Positions 56,931 through 60,558 of a DNA stretch of 60,558 bases are shown piece by piece. The first letter of the stretch is position 1. Each line of letters starts with the position of its first letter. Source of the stretch: Candidatus Binatia bacterium. Lineage in GTDB: Bacteria > Desulfobacterota > Binatia > UBA9968 > JAJDTQ01. The stretch spans positions 1 to 60,558 of the forward strand of contig JAJDXX010000050.1 of the NCBI GenBank assembly GCA_022823055.1, read 5' to 3'. The notes under the pieces are model-generated. The model did no database searches, was not told the DNA's origin, and worked only from the letters and a program-made list of their open reading frames with translations. Made by a program: the position numbers and the translations under genes.

Positions 56931-59729
56931 ATGCCCATGAGCAGGCCACAGGACACGGTTGCAAGCGGTCGCAAGCGGGAGACGAAGGAGCGCCCGCCGG
57001 CGTTCCGGGGCTGGATCTCGACCGACGAGGACGAGGTCCGCCGGCGGGAGTGGCGCGGCCGGACGGAGATCAACGGGGTAAGTGCAATCGACCCGGAGCA
57101 CTGGCCGTTCGGCGATTATCGTGTCGCTTCGTCGAGCGGTGGCCTCTATGTGGTCGAGCTGCGCTCCCTCCGGGAGCGGATCAACTCCTGCGAGTGCCAC
57201 GACTACCGCACCAATCGTCTGGGGACCTGCAAGCACATCGAGGGGGTGCTGCGCCATCCGGAGGGCGCCCGCTCCAAAGGTGCGGCGAACCGTCGAGCGA
57301 GCGACCGTATCGAGGTCTTTCTCGATGAGGGCAACGGGCGGGCGGTGCGATTGGCCCTCCCGGAGGGGAATGCGCGCGCCGCCCACGGGCTCGTTGGGGA
57401 AGTGGAGCGGCTCGTTCGCGGCCTGCGTCGCGGCTCCGCGAAGGCGCTCGCCGGCCTGCGCCGGATGGCGCAGGACCAACCGGACGTCCTGCGGGTGTCA
57501 CGCCTGCTGGAAAGCTGGGTCGAGGCCCGGCAGGCGTCGGAACGCCGGCGCCGCGAACGGGCGCGTTTCGCTGCCGCGCTCAAGGCCGGCCGCCGCGCGC
57601 TCGACTTTCTCGAGCGTCCGTTGCTGCCCTACCAGGTGGAGGGCGTTCTCCACTTGGCGTTCGGCGAGCGCGTGCTGCTTGCCGACGACATGGGCCTCGG
57701 CAAGACTGTGCAGGCGATTGCGGCCTGCGCGCTGCTACGCGAGTTGCGCGGGATCGAGCGGGTGCTGGTGGTGTCGCCGGCTTCGCTCAAGGCGGAGTGG
57801 GAGGAACAGATCGCGACCTTCTCCGATCTCCCCGCCGCTGTTGTGTTCGGGGGACCCCCGGCGCGCCGCGCGGCCTACGCGCAGCGCACCTTCTTCACGC
57901 TCTGCAACTACGAGCAGGTCGTAGCGGATCGGGATGAGATCCTCGAGACGTTCCATCCCGACGTGGTGATTCTCGACGAAGCCCAGCGCATCAAGAACTG
58001 GCAGACCCGGACGGCGAACGAGGTCAAGAAGCTCCACAGCCGTTACGCCTTCGTCCTCACCGGCACTCCGCTGGAGAACCGCATCGACGAGATCTACTCC
58101 ATCGTCCAGTTCCTGAATCCCGATCTCCTCGGACCGCTGTTCCGTTTCAATCGAGAATTCTACGAGTTGGACGAAAAGGGCCGTCCCGCGGGTTACCGAA
58201 ACCTGGACGTGTTGGCGGAGCGGGTGTCCTCGGTGATGCTCCGCCGGCGGAAAGAAGACGTCGAGAGCCAGCTCCCGGGGCGGACGACCAAGACGTTCTT
58301 CGTTCCCATGACCGAGCCCCAGCTCGACGACTACGAGGGCTACGAGTACCTGGCGCGCCGGCTCGCGGCCATTGCCGTGCGCCGGCCGCTCACGCCGGAG
58401 GAGTTCAAGTCGCTCCAGGGGAATCTCGCCTGCATGCGCATGGTCTGCGACACTCCCTACATTCTCGATGGGCGAAGGCGTGACTGCCCCAAGATGGAGG
58501 AGATCGAGCGACTCCTGCCCGACCTGCTGGAGGACCCCGCGCGCAAGATCATCATCTTCTCCGAATGGGTGCGGATGCTGGAGCTGATCCGCGACTACGC
58601 GGTGGAGGGCGGGATCGAGTTCGCATGGCACACCGGCAGCGTCCCCCAGGTGCGGCGTCGCGCCGAGATCCGGAGGTTCCGCGAGGACCCCGAATGCCGG
58701 CTGTTCCTCTCCTCGGAGTCCGGCGGCGTGGGGCTGAACCTCCAGGCGGCCGATACGGTCATCAACGTGGACCAGCCGTGGAACCCGGCCCGATTGGAGC
58801 AGCGCATCGCCCGCGCCTGGCGCAAGCACCAGACCCGCACCGTCAACGTCATCCACCTGGTGAGCGAGAACACCATCGAGCACCGTATGCTCGGGCTGCT
58901 GGACCAGAAGCGGGCGCTGGCCGAGGGCGTTCTCGACCGCAAGGGCGACCTTGCGGACCTCCGCATGCCCAACAGCCGGGCCGCGTTCATGGAGCGATTG
59001 CAGGCCGTGCTCGGGGGGGCCGGAGCGGAAGACCGGGAGGCTGCGGCCGAGACGCCGTCCGAGGTCACGGTGCTCGACCGCCTGCGCGACGTCCTGCTGG
59101 CCGAGCACGGCGCGGCATTGCAGAGGATCCTCGCGCACGAAGGCGCGGAAGCCGCCTTGGTTGTGCTCCGCCTTCCACCCTCTCGAGCCGCGGAAGAAGA
59201 ACGCCGCCTCAGCGAATCGACGGGACTGACGGTCAAGGTGATCGACCCTGACGCCTACGAGTCCATGCGGCGTCTGGCGGAAGCCGGGTTGATCTCGATG
59301 CCGGCCGAGGACCTCCGCGAGGTGTATCCCGCGCCTGACGAGGAAGACGACGGGCGCGCCGGCCGCATGGCCCGCGCCAGGGCGCTGGCGGAGCGTGCGG
59401 AACACAAGCTCAGGGCGGCGGTGTTGCTCGAAGGCGGCGGGTTCGCCGAAGAAGCACGGGCGCCGGCCGTGGAGGCGGCCCGACTCGCCGCCGGATGCCT
59501 GGCCGCCGCGGGGAGAGAGCCCGAGCCCGAGGACGCCGAAGCCGCGGAGGCGTTTCTGCTTGAACACGATACGGGTAATGGCGGCCTGCCGCTGGACGCC
59601 ATACGCGTCCTGTCCGGGGAGGAGTCGGCCGCGGGAGTGGCCGCGCCCGTGCGCAACCTGCTGGACGCGGTCCTGCAGCACATCGAAGGCCCCGGAAAAG
59701 GCGGGGAACGCGCTTCCGCGCCGGCGTAG
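56931..59729 (+). CDS. SWIM zinc finger + SNF2-family helicase with degenerate MNT/HEPN-like C-terminus
   Basis: CECHD...TCKH (SWIM); LADDMGLGKT, LDEAQRIKN, LTGTPLEN, LRRRK, GGVGLNL, WNPARLEQRIARAWR. Start 56931 or 56937. Confidence 0.92.
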   Translation: MPMSRPQDTVASGRKRETKERPPAFRGWISTDEDEVRRREWRGRTEINGVSAIDPEHWPFGDYRVASSSGGLYVVELRSLRERINSCECHDYRTNRLGTCKHIEGVLRHPEGARSKGAANRRASDRIEVFLDEGNGRAVRLALPEGNARAAHGLVGEVERLVRGLRRGSAKALAGLRRMAQDQPDVLRVSRLLESWVEARQASERRRRERARFAAALKAGRRALDFLERPLLPYQVEGVLHLAFGERVLLADDMGLGKTVQAIAACALLRELRGIERVLVVSPASLKAEWEEQIATFSDLPAAVVFGGPPARRAAYAQRTFFTLCNYEQVVADRDEILETFHPDVVILDEAQRIKNWQTRTANEVKKLHSRYAFVLTGTPLENRIDEIYSIVQFLNPDLLGPLFRFNREFYELDEKGRPAGYRNLDVLAERVSSVMLRRRKEDVESQLPGRTTKTFFVPMTEPQLDDYEGYEYLARRLAAIAVRRPLTPEEFKSLQGNLACMRMVCDTPYILDGRRRDCPKMEEIERLLPDLLEDPARKIIIFSEWVRMLELIRDYAVEGGIEFAWHTGSVPQVRRRAEIRRFREDPECRLFLSSESGGVGLNLQAADTVINVDQPWNPARLEQRIARAWRKHQTRTVNVIHLVSENTIEHRMLGLLDQKRALAEGVLDRKGDLADLRMPNSRAAFMERLQAVLGGAGAEDREAAAETPSEVTVLDRLRDVLLAEHGAALQRILAHEGAEAALVVLRLPPSRAAEEERRLSESTGLTVKVIDPDAYESMRRLAEAGLISMPAEDLREVYPAPDEEDDGRAGRMARARALAERAEHKLRAAVLLEGGGFAEEARAPAVEAARLAAGCLAAAGREPEPEDAEAAEAFLLEHDTGNGGLPLDAIRVLSGEESAAGVAAPVRNLLDAVLQHIEGPGKGGERASAPA

Positions 59730-59739
59730 GTTCGCGGAC

Positions 59740-60429
59740 ATGTGCGGCCGGTACACTCAGACGGCGAAACTCGACGACCTCGTCGACCGCTTCGGCATCG
59801 AAGAGCCGGACTTCGATTTGTCGCCCCGGTACAATCTCGCCCCGAGCCAGGATGCACCGGTGGTGGGCGTCAACCCGAAGACCCCGGACACCCGCACCCT
59901 GCGGCTGATGCACTGGGGCCTTGTGCCTTACCATGCGAAGGACGCCGCCAGGCCCATCATTAATGCGCGAGCCGAAACCCTCGCCCAACGGCCCGCTTTC
60001 CGGTGGCTTTTGCCGAAGCGGCGCTGCTTGGTGCCGGCCGACGGCTTCTACGAATGGCGCAAGGAAAGCCGTATGCGGACGCCCATACGCTTCACCCTGC
60101 GGAGCGGCGCACCCTTCGCCTTCGCTGGCTTATGGGACCGCTGGTTCCGGCCCGACGGCACCCCACTCTATTCCTTTACCATCGTGACCACGAGCCCCAA
60201 CAGCCTTCTCGAGTCGGTCCACAACAGGATGCCGGTCATCCTGCGTCCGGAGGAGGAAGCCAAGTGGCTCGACCCCGCCAACACGGATCCGGAGGCCCTG
60301 TCGTCGTTGCTCAAACCCTATCCAGCCGAGCTGATGGAGGGATACTGCGTTCCGCGGGCCGTCAACTCGCCCGTGAACGATTCTCCAGAATGCATCGCGC
60401 CGGACGACGCGCCGCTTAGGAAGGTCTGA
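59740..60429 (+). CDS. SRAP/HMCES (YedK-like) abasic-site protecting protein
   Basis: N-terminal MCGRY, RYNLAPSQ, WGL, INARAET, RCLVPADGFYEW, HNRMPVIL. Confidence 0.96.
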   Translation: MCGRYTQTAKLDDLVDRFGIEEPDFDLSPRYNLAPSQDAPVVGVNPKTPDTRTLRLMHWGLVPYHAKDAARPIINARAETLAQRPAFRWLLPKRRCLVPADGFYEWRKESRMRTPIRFTLRSGAPFAFAGLWDRWFRPDGTPLYSFTIVTTSPNSLLESVHNRMPVILRPEEEAKWLDPANTDPEALSSLLKPYPAELMEGYCVPRAVNSPVNDSPECIAPDDAPLRKV

Positions 60430-60558
60430 ACAAGCGGCATTTCCGCTGGTTTCAGCCTTCACATGTTCTTGTTTCGACCGGGAAGGCGTCCGGCAATGGC
60501 CTGATCGCCGGGTAGCCGCCCCGTTCCGCCGCCAGGCGGCGGGCTGAGGGCGCACTCC

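Overview
GC-rich bacterial chromosomal window (about 50 CDS; no rRNA, tRNA, CRISPR array, transposase or integrase seen). The first ~25 kb is a metal-homeostasis region: a CydD/IrtAB-like ABC transporter (runs off the left edge) divergent from an Fe(3+)-binding protein-bfr-DtxR-family operon with a DtxR-type operator, a SCO protein, a Znu-type ABC system with two His-rich binding proteins, and two divergent, convergently oriented copies of a three-gene module: an ArsP/DUF318 (SO_0444-type) permease fused to an HflK-like SPFH domain, then HflC-like, then HflK-like, with no ftsH in the window. This module is the best candidate for an undescribed system. The rest is catabolic and housekeeping genes, plus a probable UxxC selenoprotein redoxin with a SECIS-like hairpin next to msrA, a lower-GC defence islet (promoter-small structured RNA-terminator-NYN nuclease, GmrSD, frameshifted DUF4238), and a SWIM-SNF2 helicase with an HEPN-like tail next to SRAP. 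Eight intergenic loci carry a nested palindromic (REP/MITE-like) repeat family. All family assignments are from motifs recognised by eye; no searches were run.
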